This document shows positions 62,924 through 64,000 of a stretch of 64,000 nt of DNA, piece after piece; position 1 is the stretch's first letter; each line of letters opens with the position of its first letter. The stretch spans positions 930,001-994,000 of the forward strand of contig LSRY02000011.1 in NCBI GenBank assembly GCA_001643675.2, read 5' to 3'. The notes beneath the pieces were generated by a model. That model did not search any database. It was not told the origin of the DNA and was given only the letters and a program-made list of their open reading frames with translations. The stretch comes from Monocercomonoides exilis PA203. Taxonomy: Eukaryota > Protista > Preaxostyla. A program made the translations under genes and the position numbers.

Positions 62924-63477
62924 CAATGGAGTTGGGAAAGGCAGCAAAGGAATAAAAGGGGGAGAGTACTTCTTCAAGTTCTTCTTCCAGGAAGACCAGA
63001 AGAAGGCAGGGACAGAAGAGCTGTGGGCAGCGTTCCAGCCGGTGCAGTGCAAGAGCATGGAGTGTCCGGTGGAGGTGTGCATCCATCATCATCATCAACA
63101 ACACAACAATTTGTTTTTTAATTTATTTTTTTCTTTTTTGGTGATTGGGGATTGTGTGTGAATGGGGTGAGCAGGAGCTGGTGAAGGCGGTGGAAGGGGT
63201 GTTTCCGTCGCAGTTCAAGGAGGAGGAGTGGCACAAGTCGATCTGCGAGTCGCAGGTGCCGTTCTATGTGGCAGGGTCGGAGGTGGAGACGCAGCGGGCG
63301 AAGGAGGAGGAGGACAAGAAGCGGGAGAAGACGTATATTGGGCTGTCGGTGGCATTTGGGGTGCTGTTTGGGGTGGCGTGTGTGGTGCTGGTGGTGGTGA
63401 TTGTGCTGCCGTGGGCGAGGCGGCGGGGAGGGAGAGGGGGAGGAGGAGGGCAGGCATACAAGAGGGTGGACGGGTGA
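61498..63477 (+). CDS. Histidine acid phosphatase, lysosomal type (copy 2)
   Basis: Mirror of 44416-46394. Confidence 0.92.
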
Positions 63478-64000
63478 GGGCTGGCTCTGAAACGCGCTGA
63501 ATGTTTAATTGGCTGATTGGCTGATTGGGTGTGAGATGCGTGGGTGTTGCGATGAGTGTTGCGATGGGTGTGCCGTTGGCATTCATGGCATTTGAGATTA
63601 TTGTTGGCTGTTGGCTGTTGGCTTTGTAATTTGTGATTTGTTAGAGTTTCTGTATGTTTGCTTGCTTGCTTGCTTGCTTGCTTTGCTGAGAATTGTTGAG
63701 ACCAGATATATTTTCTTTTTTCATTTTTCTTTTTTATTCATTTATTTTTTTGGAGGCTTGTGAGCACGAGTGTTTTGAACATTTAAGATTGATATTTATT
63801 CAGAAAACGGAGTGGTTGCTCCTTCTCTCTTTCTCACACGCAATGAAACATTGTTGTCTTTTGTGCTGTCTCTGGTGCTTTCGGGCAAGTGAAAAGGCTG
63901 TGCATTAAAGGCGAAATACAATGAAGTTGAAAAATTAAAAAGAAACTTTAAAATGAAAATGAATGAATATGAAAAATTGGTTGAAGTATTTTTTAATGAT

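Larger units (their letters stand above)
59609..64000. repeat. Right arm of the inverted duplication, runs off the window end
   Basis: Differences seen: a 7-bp GGCTGTT unit indel, two 1-bp homopolymer indels and one substitution near 63098; none alters a predicted exon. Confidence 0.97.

Noticed and set aside
1-64000. rRNA, tRNA or other structured RNA genes
   Set aside because: None recognised by eye; a tRNAscan-SE/Infernal run would be needed to exclude them.

Overview
AT-rich eukaryotic (protist) genomic DNA with short spliceosomal introns. The gene content, especially a ~2.7k-aa Cys-rich receptor-pseudokinase and Ser-run-rich proteins, resembles oxymonads such as Monocercomonoides (inference, not verified). 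Bases 1-26 kb and 35-43.6 kb are mostly decayed transposons: a primase-polymerase/SF3-helicase pseudogene inside 443-bp perfect inverted repeats, two Merlin/IS1595-type and one pogo/Tigger-type transposase remnants, about ten GG-ended MITEs with 4-bp mostly AWWT target duplications, CAG-ended TA-TSD MITEs, foldback elements, and a 3.2-kb GG-ended element with an 8-bp TSD that carries a host-like gene fragment. An intronless giant surface receptor-pseudokinase lies at 26.7-34.9 kb. From 43.9 kb to the window end there is a gene-bearing palindrome: two near-identical inverted arms of at least 4.4 kb, each with a histidine acid phosphatase and a repeat protein, flank a divergent TAF5-like / NEK kinase pair. 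The recurring theme is that long inverted repeats are near-perfect at every scale even when what they enclose is decayed, which suggests arm-to-arm homogenisation. All coordinates and alignments were read by eye.
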